Source: an uncultured virus (IMG/VR IMGVR_UViG_3300048571_000076) (Duplodnaviria > Heunggongvirae > Uroviricota > Caudoviricetes). From it: a DNA stretch of 20,000 bases. The notes beneath the pieces were generated by a model. That model saw nothing but the letters and a program-made list of their open reading frames with translations, made no database searches and was not told the origin of the DNA. Location of the stretch: IMG/VR virus record IMGVR_UViG_3300048571_000076. One strand, 5' to 3'. Made by a program: the position numbers and the translations under genes. This document shows, piece after piece, positions 1 to 9,195 of the stretch; positions within the stretch are counted from its first letter, which is position 1; each line of letters begins with the position of its first letter.

Positions 1-1926
1 TCTTTTAATAATCAATTACCTACATCTAGTGAGTTAAGTGTACATAAATTAGCTATCGTTTTCTTTAATAACGATAATCCTATTCTATATACCAAAACAT
101 TTACAGGTGAGGTAATTGAGATAGGTAAAGGAGTAGAGTATCTAAAAGATTTAAAAGATGTAGAGCTTTCTAATGCTAGAGAAGGTTATCTTTTAGTTAA
201 ACAAGGTAATAAATACATAGCATCTAACTTTATTGGTTCTCTTAATTCTTTAGCAGATATAGAACTACAAGAACCTATAGAGAATAATCAATACTTAAGA
301 TATAATGCACTGACTGAATCTTATGGTAATTATTATCCTTCCTTATATCTACATGAACTACGAAATGTAGAAGTAGCTGACCCCTTTGATGATGCTGCAA
401 GTTTAGCTCAACAAAATCAAGTATTATATTATGAATATTCTACTGGTAAATTCAAAACTAGGAATAGAACTAATTTAATTAATGAATTAGCTGATGTAGA
501 GATAACACAGACTCAAGATAAATATCAAATACTAGGTTTAGACCCTGTATCTGGTTTATGGCAGAACACTGACTTAAAAATAGAATATGACCCTGCACCT
601 AAGCTATCAGCTAATTTAGATGGTCAAGGTAATACCATCTCCAATACTTCTTATAAAATTAATACTTTACTATGTGATTTACCTATAGTAACGTTACAGT
701 ATGCATTAGGAGATTATTGGATTTTAGAAGGAGTAACATCTTCTATCATTAATCAATGTATAGTCAATATTGAACTAGGTACTAAAGCAGAAAGTACTAC
801 AGTATTAATGTTAGAAATTAGGCAAAGCACTAGTAATATTCTATTAGGAGGTTTAACTAATGTTAAGTATGAAGATGGAGAACTACTTAAGTTATCTGGT
901 GCAGGTAAAACAGACTTAATTACTATTACTCAAACTAATACTAATGGTGTACTTACTACTTACATAACTGCTGCTGCATTAAATCTAAGTGAGATAGGTC
1001 AGGGAGGTATAGCCGCTTATCGATATGATAAGAATAGATACCCCTTTGAACAACAGTTTCAAGTAGCGAATAGGTATGATACTTATTTTGATTATGTTCA
1101 ATTACTTCTAACATTTGAACCGGAGGTTAGTACAGGTAAAACATGGTTAGAAGATAAGTCATGTAGAGTTAATAATACAGGAAATCCTTTATTAAGCACT
1201 GTATCTACATCTGGTACTAGAAAAGTCACAGATAAGTATAATTTAGGTATACAAGAAGAAGTAGTCGAATTAATCAAAGGAATACCTACTGAAGTTATTA
1301 ACATAAATACTTTATTGAGTAATAATCAGTATCTTAGAGTAACTACAACTTCACCTATAGTTTTGACTAACGTATTTACTATTGAATTATACTTAAACTA
1401 TAATTTACTTAGATATAAAGAAGATACTATAAATATAGCTGATATACATTATCTATTTTCTAATGAAACTATTGTAAATACTAATAAGCTAGCTCTCAGT
1501 TATAAACCTTTCTTTAGTACGACTAGTCAAACTACACGACTCACCTTAGAAGTAGGTAATCAAGTTAGTAGTTTATCTAATGCTTATACTTATTTTGATA
1601 ATAAAACAGATGATTTTTATACACACATAGCTATTCAACGTAACTCTACTAATCAAATAGCTTTATTTATAGATGGAATAAAACAGGATATAAACATTAC
1701 TTATACAGGTTCTATTGCCCTTGAAGACTTGCGAATAGCTTTAGTAGGTAATCTAGGTTCTTTCCGTATCACAGAAGGTATAGAGCGATATAATGATAAT
1801 ACGGACTTATTACCTTCACTTAGATTTGGATTAGTAGGAGGTGCTGTTGATATTATTGACAGAGAAGTTTTTGATACGTATACCTGGTTAGATAGAGAGT
1901 TAGAACATGAAATATTCTGTTCATAG
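1..1926 (+). CDS. Tail fibre-like protein with C-terminal LamG/ConA-like domain (5'-truncated; the ORF track start at 808 is internal)
   Basis: Frame 1 is open from base 1 to the TAG at 1924-1926. N-part has LPTSSELSVHKLAI..ILYTK (fibre N-terminal motif), four L-x-x-L-x-[DN]-[VI] repeats (LKDLKDVEL, LNSLADIEL, LHELRNVEV, INELADVEI) and YDPAPKLSANLDGQGNTI. C-part has LamG-type motifs YVQLLLTFE, THIAIQR..IALFIDG, GNLGSFRITEG. Confidence 0.75.
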   Translation, partial: SFNNQLPTSSELSVHKLAIVFFNNDNPILYTKTFTGEVIEIGKGVEYLKDLKDVELSNAREGYLLVKQGNKYIASNFIGSLNSLADIELQEPIENNQYLRYNALTESYGNYYPSLYLHELRNVEVADPFDDAASLAQQNQVLYYEYSTGKFKTRNRTNLINELADVEITQTQDKYQILGLDPVSGLWQNTDLKIEYDPAPKLSANLDGQGNTISNTSYKINTLLCDLPIVTLQYALGDYWILEGVTSSIINQCIVNIELGTKAESTTVLMLEIRQSTSNILLGGLTNVKYEDGELLKLSGAGKTDLITITQTNTNGVLTTYITAAALNLSEIGQGGIAAYRYDKNRYPFEQQFQVANRYDTYFDYVQLLLTFEPEVSTGKTWLEDKSCRVNNTGNPLLSTVSTSGTRKVTDKYNLGIQEEVVELIKGIPTEVININTLLSNNQYLRVTTTSPIVLTNVFTIELYLNYNLLRYKEDTINIADIHYLFSNETIVNTNKLALSYKPFFSTTSQTTRLTLEVGNQVSSLSNAYTYFDNKTDDFYTHIAIQRNSTNQIALFIDGIKQDINITYTGSIALEDLRIALVGNLGSFRITEGIERYNDNTDLLPSLRFGLVGGAVDIIDREVFDTYTWLDRELEHEIFCS

Positions 1927-2983
1927 TATTGCTAGTGTAAGTCAACAATCTATAACCACAGAACCTACTTTAAGTTATGGAAAGCTATATGTCAATCAGT
2001 TAGATAAAACCCTATATGTAGTAGATAAGTACGGTAAGATTGACGCATGTGGTGATAGTTATCGATATTTAGAAGAGTTTAGTGACTTTTCTATAGTAGA
2101 TAATTATGATGGTGCTTTAGTAACTATGGTGCGAGATATATATGGTGAGTTAGTAGTGGGAGCTAAACTACCGAGTATACAGTTGCAGAGTCTTAGTGAT
2201 TTCGAAGAACCATTAAATAGATTCAATACTTATCTTACTTTTATTAATAATAGTCTTACAGGCGTAGAGGGCATTAAATTACATATCCCTGAATTATCTG
2301 ATGTCAAGATAGATAATCCAAATTCATATGCTAATAATAACTATGTATTGAGATGGAATGCAAGTAATGCGGCACAAAAAATTAATAGAATAAATAGTAA
2401 CATACCTAAAGACATCTTAGGTGAACCCATTTATGGTTATTGGGATTTAGCGCCAGAAGCATCTACTATAGTAGGTTTTGATGATGGTAATGGTTATCTA
2501 GCTACACCTAGACAAATATTTAGAATACCTAATCTATTAGAACGTAGTAGATTTAAATATGTTAATTCTCCCTTAAGTATTAAATGGGATAAATCTCCTA
2601 AGTTAGCAGGTCATTTAAATGGTGATAATTATAGTATACTTAATCAATCTTATAAAACACATAGTATTGTATTAACTAGTACGATATCTAATATAAGTAT
2701 TGACCCTGCATTTATGTCTAGTATCTTACTTAAACCTAACTCAACTGTTAAATTAATAGAGATAGATATTAATTCTGGTAATTTAACTGACTTTACTGCG
2801 AGGCATGTAGGTTTATTTATCCAGAACTATCAAGGTTCTATCAAGTTTAATAATAATGTGGTATTTGAGAATGGTAGAATACCTGTTATAGATGGTTATG
2901 ATACATTACTATCCATATCAGTTAAAAAAGAAGCGGATGTCAGTATAACCATTACACAAAAAACAATGTCCACACGAAACTAG
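1907..2983 (+). CDS. Tail fibre-like protein, paralog of the N-terminal part of the upstream gene
   Basis: 358-aa ORF overlapping the upstream stop by 20 nt. Shares PTLSYGKLYVNQLDKTLY, SD-type repeats (LEEFSDFSI, LQSLSDFE, IPELSDVKI) and WDKSPKLAGHLNGDNYSILNQSYK (cf. YDPAPKLSANLDGQGNTISNTSYK). Confidence 0.7.
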   Translation: MKYSVHSIASVSQQSITTEPTLSYGKLYVNQLDKTLYVVDKYGKIDACGDSYRYLEEFSDFSIVDNYDGALVTMVRDIYGELVVGAKLPSIQLQSLSDFEEPLNRFNTYLTFINNSLTGVEGIKLHIPELSDVKIDNPNSYANNNYVLRWNASNAAQKINRINSNIPKDILGEPIYGYWDLAPEASTIVGFDDGNGYLATPRQIFRIPNLLERSRFKYVNSPLSIKWDKSPKLAGHLNGDNYSILNQSYKTHSIVLTSTISNISIDPAFMSSILLKPNSTVKLIEIDINSGNLTDFTARHVGLFIQNYQGSIKFNNNVVFENGRIPVIDGYDTLLSISVKKEADVSITITQKTMSTRN

Positions 2984-2994
2984 AGACTACTAAA

Positions 2995-3633
2995 ATGTTA
3001 TTAGAATTATATACGGACATATCCGATAATTCATTACCTATATTATCGAGAGATTCAGCAATTGAGATACTTAGCAAGAAAGGTTATATTATAGGTCAAG
3101 TTACGAATATTGAAGGCATTGACTCAGACATTGTTCGATTAAATGTGTTATTTAACGAAGATGCTCAGACCTCCACTGTGTATATTGATAAACAAGGGAG
3201 GTATTCTTGTCAGCTATCTTCCTTAAAGGATACAGAACAAGCAAAAGCCTTTAATACTTCTCGTAATAAATTAAAAAGAAATGCTTTATTGTTAGATAGT
3301 GATTGGATAGAGAATAGTCCTTCCGTTACTACAAGAACTAAAGAACAATATAAAGCGTTTAGACAGTATTTACGTGATATATTTGATTATCAAGATGTTA
3401 CTACCTTTATTGACTTTCCCTTGCCTCCTAGTATTGTTGCTAAGACTACTCAACAAAGTCAAATTACCGATAACGAAGTACTTCTTATAAAAAAGTACAC
3501 ACCGTTAGATAAAGAGGTATGGTACACTTTCTTAGCAGAATGGTCTAAAACTAACTATAACCCTTCTCGTACTTTAATAGTAAATTTATTAAAAGCGTAT
3601 ACTTCTTTAACACTCACTGACGTATTAAAATAA
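2995..3633 (+). CDS. Tail fibre assembly chaperone (Phage_tail_APC/Caudo_TAP-like)
   Basis: KRNALLLDSDW...YKAFRQYLRDI...FPLPP matches the R-N-x-L-L-x-x-S-D-W / YRQxLRD / WPxxP signature; it lies directly after fibre genes. Confidence 0.8.
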   Translation: MLLELYTDISDNSLPILSRDSAIEILSKKGYIIGQVTNIEGIDSDIVRLNVLFNEDAQTSTVYIDKQGRYSCQLSSLKDTEQAKAFNTSRNKLKRNALLLDSDWIENSPSVTTRTKEQYKAFRQYLRDIFDYQDVTTFIDFPLPPSIVAKTTQQSQITDNEVLLIKKYTPLDKEVWYTFLAEWSKTNYNPSRTLIVNLLKAYTSLTLTDVLK

Positions 3634-3637
3634 ATCA

Positions 3638-6600
3638 ATGAAATTATTTTCTGCCTTTAGTAATACTTTTGCAGATAAGATACAACCACTTAATAATCTA
3701 TATGAGTTAGCTCAAGCTCAAGAGTCATTAAATGGTTTGTATTTATGTACAGGTAATACAGTCGATGCTTCTTTTATTGGTCAAAGAGAGACAGTTGTAA
3801 AAACATGGTATGACTTATCAGGTAGCACTAATTACTTATACTCTTCTTCTCCAACTACTGCACCATCCTTTACTAGTGTAGATAATAATTTAAATCAGAA
3901 TGGTTCTATTGCTTTTAACATAGATGGTACACAGCAATTATTATTTAAACAACCTCTGAGTATAAAAACTATTATTATTGTTTACTATAGTAAAGATAAT
4001 CGAAGTTATTTAATTTATGCACCTTTAAATACACCCCCACCTGACCCGTTATACTATGATTTATTCCCTAGTTATACAGATACCATATGGTCTACCTGTA
4101 ATCTATCCAATAATTTTGCCTATAATTCTACAACAAGAATCAATACTCAAGTAAAACCTAGTACAACTAAATTACCTCTTAATTATCCTAGAATACTTAC
4201 TACTCATAACTTTGGTGGTAATAATCAGACAGCAGTTATACAAGGAATAGGAGGTAGATTAGGTCAACCAAATGGAGGGGAGCTAGTACAAGGTATAACT
4301 GATAGTGTTAAAGGTAACATAGCGGCTATTTTAACATTCTCTACTAGCCTACCTGATAACGTATTACTCGAATTAGAGTTAGCATTACGTTCTATTTATA
4401 TTAATTACACAGGTAGTACTGTGGTAGGTAATAAAACATTTAAATATTTAGTAAATGATACAGTTAATTTTGATTTCTCAGATATAGTTGTAGATGGTTG
4501 GGCTACACCTACTACTTATGAGGTATTACATCCCTTCACATTAAATCTAACTTTTAATGGTTCTATACTTCAAGGGTTTCTGACAACAACATATAGTGAT
4601 GTATTAACTATAAGGATAACTAATTCAATTGGTTTACAATCTACTCTTTCCTTTAAGTTCGAAGTGGTAAAGGCTGACCCATTAGTTGCATTACTACCTG
4701 AATTAAATAATTTAGAGTTAGTATTAAGTTCACATAAAGATAACATAACTAACACTACCTATGGTGTGTACACAAATGAGGATAACACTATAGCAAAGTG
4801 GGAAGATGCTAGAAGAGTAGGGAGTAATTTAAGTACATTAGTACCTAATGGTCAAACTATAGGTAATTATAATAATACATTAGCCTTACCTGACGTTAAA
4901 CTAAGTAATGGAGAACGACTGACTAGCTCTAATACGCTTACTATGAAGAGCTTCTTAATTGTTTATTTACAGAATCAGTACGGTAATCGTTATATATTAG
5001 ATGGATTGCCTGATAGAAGAGGTACAGGTGTATTAGTTACTACTAATTCTAATACTCAAATACACGGTCAAACTGATGTAACTCGTCTTGCTGTATCTGT
5101 TAACAAAGCAAAAGTAAATACTCTTTTATATAAATATAGTTTAAATAAGTTAGGTTTTATTTATGGCTATCAACAAGATAATATCAACATACCGATATAT
5201 GGTTTAGATAGTAGTAGAGGTTCTATATACTTTGTAGCTATATGGGATAAGAAACTAACCTCTGCTCAGTTAGATAATGCTATACAGGTTATAGCAGATA
5301 GATATATTACTAGTCAAACTCCCTTTATTGTAAACACAGACACAGAATATAAAAAAGTAGTTGATGTTGAAGTTGATTTAAGTACTAAAGTAGTTGATTT
5401 AAACAATAGAGCACTGAGTTACAACATACTTACTAATCATTACTCAGCTAATATTACTAATAATCTGTTGAATTTTACAGCAACACAAGATGAAGTATTA
5501 ACCTTTTCTATCGAGGTCACTAATACAGATAACTTTAGTATTATTCTGACATTTGATGTAGATATCACTCTCAGAACTAATCCGTTGTATTTAAATCTAA
5601 AAGATTACTTCGCTACAAGAGTTATACCTCCTACAGTACAAGATGTATATCTTGCTACGTTTGATAGCTTAGTATTTAGTTCATCGAATATTATTAATCA
5701 ATGGAAAGATTATCGATTAAATGGTAGAAATGCTACTGCATTGAATTTAACTACTCTTACTACTCCCTTGCTCGATGACAAACTTGCAGTGTCTTACCCC
5801 TTAATTGGTAATGGTTATATTGATTTTGATAATGATATAACAAGTTCAGATTTTATATTAGTATACGTAAAACCTAATATAGGTAATATATCTTTAAGTT
5901 TCTTAGGGAGTAACACGACTTTATTATGGTCTAGTTCTACTGACTTAGTAGATACTACTAGTTCTATCTCTGCTGTAGTATTTGGAAGTAAATTTGTAAA
6001 TAAACAAAGTGTAAATAATTCTTATAAGTTATTACCCTCAGTTGTTAATGTATTGTATTTACACACTACCAGTCCTATTACTGTAAATACTTTAGCTAGA
6101 CAAATGACTACTAATAATTTAAGTCTTAAAGGTACCTTGCCTTTATTTATGACAGTTAATAGAGAGTTAACCTTTGATGAGTTTAAAGATGTTGATAGTA
6201 TTATTAGAGATTACTATGACCCTTTACGTTTTATATTAATTTTACATTTTAACGGTAATACAATAGATTCTTCTACAGAAGCTGCTAATTTAATAGGTGC
6301 TTCTAGTTTTACAACCTCAAGCAAGTTTGGTTCACAAGCATTACGTTTATTACATTCTACAGGCACTAGTACCTTACAAGTCCCTAATGCGAATAACATC
6401 AGTTATTTACGAGAGTACTTCAGTATTAGTTGTTGGTTAAATATATCTAATACGTTAGCATCAAATACAGTACTTAATATATATACACAAGATGGTATAT
6501 CGATATATATCAAAGGTAATACTTTAGTTATAGCTAGGGTATTAAATAGTATAGATGTTTTAATTAGCTATGTGTTACCTATTTCTTTATATAGTAATCA

Positions 6601-6853
6601 AGGTAGTTACTTTCATTTGGAAATAAGTAGAGTCGTTAATGATGAGTTAGTATTGTTTATTAATGGCGTAGTTATAGGAAGTGTGCTTGATGATTATGAA
6701 TATGGGAATGTTAGTACAAATGGTATTATAGGAGGGTTGACTGGAGTTAATAGTAACAATAGTATAGTTAATATGGATGAATTTGTTATACTAAAGAGAG
6801 GTTTCTTACATGAAACTACCTTTACGGTACCAGGTTCAGAATATATAGTATAA
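3638..6853 (+). CDS. Large multi-LamG (ConA-like) virion protein with Ig-like spacers; probable receptor-binding/tail appendage
   Basis: 1071 aa. Three W-x-D repeats (VKTWYDLSGSTNYL ~3800, IAKWEDARRVGSNL ~4795, INQWKDYRLNGRNA ~5700), the first two followed by Ig/He_PIG-like segments (LTIRITNSIGLQST, FSIEVTNTDNFSII). C-terminal LamG: LILHFNG..SKFGSQAL..FSISCW..LVLFINGV..MDEFVI. Confidence 0.75.
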   Translation: MKLFSAFSNTFADKIQPLNNLYELAQAQESLNGLYLCTGNTVDASFIGQRETVVKTWYDLSGSTNYLYSSSPTTAPSFTSVDNNLNQNGSIAFNIDGTQQLLFKQPLSIKTIIIVYYSKDNRSYLIYAPLNTPPPDPLYYDLFPSYTDTIWSTCNLSNNFAYNSTTRINTQVKPSTTKLPLNYPRILTTHNFGGNNQTAVIQGIGGRLGQPNGGELVQGITDSVKGNIAAILTFSTSLPDNVLLELELALRSIYINYTGSTVVGNKTFKYLVNDTVNFDFSDIVVDGWATPTTYEVLHPFTLNLTFNGSILQGFLTTTYSDVLTIRITNSIGLQSTLSFKFEVVKADPLVALLPELNNLELVLSSHKDNITNTTYGVYTNEDNTIAKWEDARRVGSNLSTLVPNGQTIGNYNNTLALPDVKLSNGERLTSSNTLTMKSFLIVYLQNQYGNRYILDGLPDRRGTGVLVTTNSNTQIHGQTDVTRLAVSVNKAKVNTLLYKYSLNKLGFIYGYQQDNINIPIYGLDSSRGSIYFVAIWDKKLTSAQLDNAIQVIADRYITSQTPFIVNTDTEYKKVVDVEVDLSTKVVDLNNRALSYNILTNHYSANITNNLLNFTATQDEVLTFSIEVTNTDNFSIILTFDVDITLRTNPLYLNLKDYFATRVIPPTVQDVYLATFDSLVFSSSNIINQWKDYRLNGRNATALNLTTLTTPLLDDKLAVSYPLIGNGYIDFDNDITSSDFILVYVKPNIGNISLSFLGSNTTLLWSSSTDLVDTTSSISAVVFGSKFVNKQSVNNSYKLLPSVVNVLYLHTTSPITVNTLARQMTTNNLSLKGTLPLFMTVNRELTFDEFKDVDSIIRDYYDPLRFILILHFNGNTIDSSTEAANLIGASSFTTSSKFGSQALRLLHSTGTSTLQVPNANNISYLREYFSISCWLNISNTLASNTVLNIYTQDGISIYIKGNTLVIARVLNSIDVLISYVLPISLYSNQGSYFHLEISRVVNDELVLFINGVVIGSVLDDYEYGNVSTNGIIGGLTGVNSNNSIVNMDEFVILKRGFLHETTFTVPGSEYIV

Positions 6854-6904
6854 TCAAATCACATACATATACAAATAAATACACAATTAGGAATCAATTT
6901 TAAT

Positions 6905-7528
6905 ATGGTATATACAAGAGTCAGAAATTCTCGTTATGCTCAGTATCATCGAGCTACAGGTAGACTAGCTAATTTTACTATCCCTCGCGCTAAAACAGCT
7001 AATTTCAATCCTTATATGGATATGTTGAATCAAGGTATGTCAATGGGCGGTGATGTGCTAGGACAAATGGGCGGTGCTATTGGTAACGCTGCTCATGGTG
7101 GCATGGATATGCTACAGAATGCTAGTGGTGGTATTGCTCGTGGTATCGGTAATTTGATGGATGGTAATCTAGTTAATACTGCTGATGGTCTATCAGGTAC
7201 GGCTAGTAGAGTAGGTCAAACTATAGGTGATATGAGTACTGGTCAACAAGCTGGTATTGCTGGTACATTAGCTGCCGCTACAGGTGGTGCGGGTGCTGCT
7301 GTTAATAGTGCTCGTAAAGGAATGGGCGGTGCTGCTGGAGTTGTTGATGATGTTTCTGAAGCTGCTGGTGGTCTAACTCAAGGTTTACGTGCTAAGGCTG
7401 GAGCTGCTCTAGGTGGAGCTAAACAAGCATTGAAGAATCCCTACGCTATGGGTGCGGCAGGTCTTGGTACTGCTGGTGCAGTTGGGGGCGGTGCTTACGC
7501 AATGACACGTCCAGAAGACCAAATGTAA
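6905..7528 (+). CDS. Gly/Ala/Met-rich glycine-zipper protein, putative internal head/ejection protein
   Basis: 207 aa; basic leader with RLANF and KTANF; C-terminal hydrophobic MGAAGLGTAGAVGGGAYAM; AGGA upstream. Function is inferred from context. Confidence 0.6.
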   Translation: MVYTRVRNSRYAQYHRATGRLANFTIPRAKTANFNPYMDMLNQGMSMGGDVLGQMGGAIGNAAHGGMDMLQNASGGIARGIGNLMDGNLVNTADGLSGTASRVGQTIGDMSTGQQAGIAGTLAAATGGAGAAVNSARKGMGGAAGVVDDVSEAAGGLTQGLRAKAGAALGGAKQALKNPYAMGAAGLGTAGAVGGGAYAMTRPEDQM

Positions 7529-7552
7529 TTTCATTACTAAATAGGTTATTAT

Positions 7553-7583
7553 ATAGGGAGTCTAATTATACTAGACTCCCTAT
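7553..7583 (+). terminator. Perfect 12-bp stem-loop, probable intrinsic terminator or mRNA-stabilising hairpin
   Basis: ATAGGGAGTCTA-attatac-TAGACTCCCTAT, starting 25 nt after the 7528 stop; only a weak U-tract (tcattt) follows. Confidence 0.6.
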
Positions 7584-7607
7584 TCATTTGCAATTATTAT
7601 AAATATT

Positions 7608-8633
7608 ATGTATAAAAGAGCTAATTTCTCATATGACACTTTAACTTTAGCTGACCCTGATTTAATTAATGAAACATTAGGTCAATCTATTAGAACAGCT
7701 AATGCAGTAACTGATGCACTGCAGAAACGTCTGACTGATTATCCAATGGATGTATTTGCTGACCAAGCAGATGTTATTCCAGGTAGGATAAGAGAGGGAT
7801 TATTAAATACTCTTAGTCCTTATCATGCAGGAAAAACTGTGGGACGTAGACTAGAGGTTATGAATACACTAGGTATGGAGCAGGGCTTACCCGATATCAC
7901 AGGTAATATAAAACGAGGTATTAATCGATTAGGTTCTGATGGATTTAATGATTTATCCTCCACAATGGAAGGAGTTCGTAGGAAAGCATCTTCTATACAA
8001 AACAATATAAATAGTATTAGAGAAGGATTTGCTGGTGATAAAAATCCATACGGACTAACCAGTATACCTCAAGAACTAGAATCACCAGGAATAGGTAAAG
8101 TATTCACTGATAGAGAACAAATACCTCAAGAACTTTCAACTCCTTTTTTTCCTAGAAATGTAACTCCTCCTAATACACAGGCATTACTTGGTGGTGCAGC
8201 AGCAGGGTCAGGGGTAGCAGCAGGTTTAACAGCTCTTGGTAATAAAGTAGCTAGAAGTAAAACAACTCCTTTGACTCAGGTATCTTCTAAGTTTATGAGA
8301 GAGAGTAACTTAAGACAAGCTGAGTTTGGATTTATGCCTTATGCTATGGATATGTTAGAACAAGTTCAATTACCTAGCACTAATTCAATTGGGCAAGGTT
8401 TAGCGAAAGCGGGTGCTGGTATTGCTCGTACTATGGATAATATTGGTGTCGATGATGTTGCTAAAGGATTAGCTAATACTTATAGAAAAGTGAAAAGTCC
8501 TATGGATACAGCAAAGCAGGCTTATGGTATGATTAAACCTGCTTTAGAAGGTAATTTAGTTCACGCTAGAGCTATGCTACAATCCCCAGGTATTAGTCTG
8601 AAGGACTTTAACCCGATGCCTATGCGCGGATAA
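7608..8633 (+). CDS. Putative internal head protein with a glycine-zipper helix
   Basis: 341 aa; leader MYKRANF; hydrophobic ALLGGAAAGSGVAAGLTAL; internal linker MRESNLRQAEF. Confidence 0.55.
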   Translation: MYKRANFSYDTLTLADPDLINETLGQSIRTANAVTDALQKRLTDYPMDVFADQADVIPGRIREGLLNTLSPYHAGKTVGRRLEVMNTLGMEQGLPDITGNIKRGINRLGSDGFNDLSSTMEGVRRKASSIQNNINSIREGFAGDKNPYGLTSIPQELESPGIGKVFTDREQIPQELSTPFFPRNVTPPNTQALLGGAAAGSGVAAGLTALGNKVARSKTTPLTQVSSKFMRESNLRQAEFGFMPYAMDMLEQVQLPSTNSIGQGLAKAGAGIARTMDNIGVDDVAKGLANTYRKVKSPMDTAKQAYGMIKPALEGNLVHARAMLQSPGISLKDFNPMPMRG

Positions 8634-8634
8634 C

Positions 8635-9108
8635 TTATAATCCTTCAAATCGATTAATATCAGTTCTTAAGAAAATAGGTACATCTTTTAATGCTAACTT
8701 TTCATTAAGTCTAGCTTGTCTTCGTGCTTCTTTTTTATCTTTAAATCCTTGGACGAATGCTCGATTAGCTTCTAGTGTTCGTTTTTCTGCATCAGTCAAT
8801 GTATCTTGTTCGTCTCTTAAACGTAAAATCATATGTTGACTAAACGTAAATTTAGGATAATACTGCATATGTCCTTTTCGAGATAATTTGTGTACAACTG
8901 TGTACTTACCTAACCCAAACATATTGACTGGCTCTAGAGCGCAAATCTTTTGTTTAAGAAATTCATAGTAATGAAGAATGGCTTTCTCTACAATGTAATC
9001 TTCTAGAAAAACATCGGGATGTTCATCAAATAACATCTCTTTTATGAAATTGATAGCCTCTGAGTTTTCTGATAGTTTTTGTTTGGGTAGTATTTTGTTA
9101 TTTCTCAT
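8635..9108 (-). CDS. HU/IHF-like DNA-binding protein with a charged C-terminal helical extension
   Basis: EKAILHYYEFLKQKICALEPVNMFGLGKYTVVHKLSRK..YPKFTFSQHMILRL follows the HU pattern (helix, V-x-[LM]-x-G-[FL]-G-x-[FY]-x-V, arm, P-x-F-x-x-S). Confidence 0.65.
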   Translation of the reverse strand: MRNNKILPKQKLSENSEAINFIKEMLFDEHPDVFLEDYIVEKAILHYYEFLKQKICALEPVNMFGLGKYTVVHKLSRKGHMQYYPKFTFSQHMILRLRDEQDTLTDAEKRTLEANRAFVQGFKDKKEARRQARLNEKLALKDVPIFLRTDINRFEGL

Positions 9109-9150
9109 ATCTTTATCTGTGTGTGTTTATGTACCACGTTTATTGTATCT

Positions 9151-9171
9151 ACGTATAGTGATATTATATAA
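9151..9171 (+). promoter_or_regulatory. Candidate promoter upstream of MuF (extended -10-like TGA-TATTAT)
   Basis: ACGTATAGTGATATTATATAA; 18/21 identical to 18752-18772. Confidence 0.45.
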
Positions 9172-9195
9172 CATATCATATACCTACTTAATATA

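Noticed and set aside
808..1926. ORF-track start at 808
   Set aside because: The frame is open from base 1 with coherent fibre motifs, so 808 is an internal Met of a 5'-truncated gene.
8064..8134. 14-nt direct repeat ATACCTCAAGAACT (IPQEL twice)
   Set aside because: Only two in-frame copies; a small coding duplication, not CRISPR or an att site.
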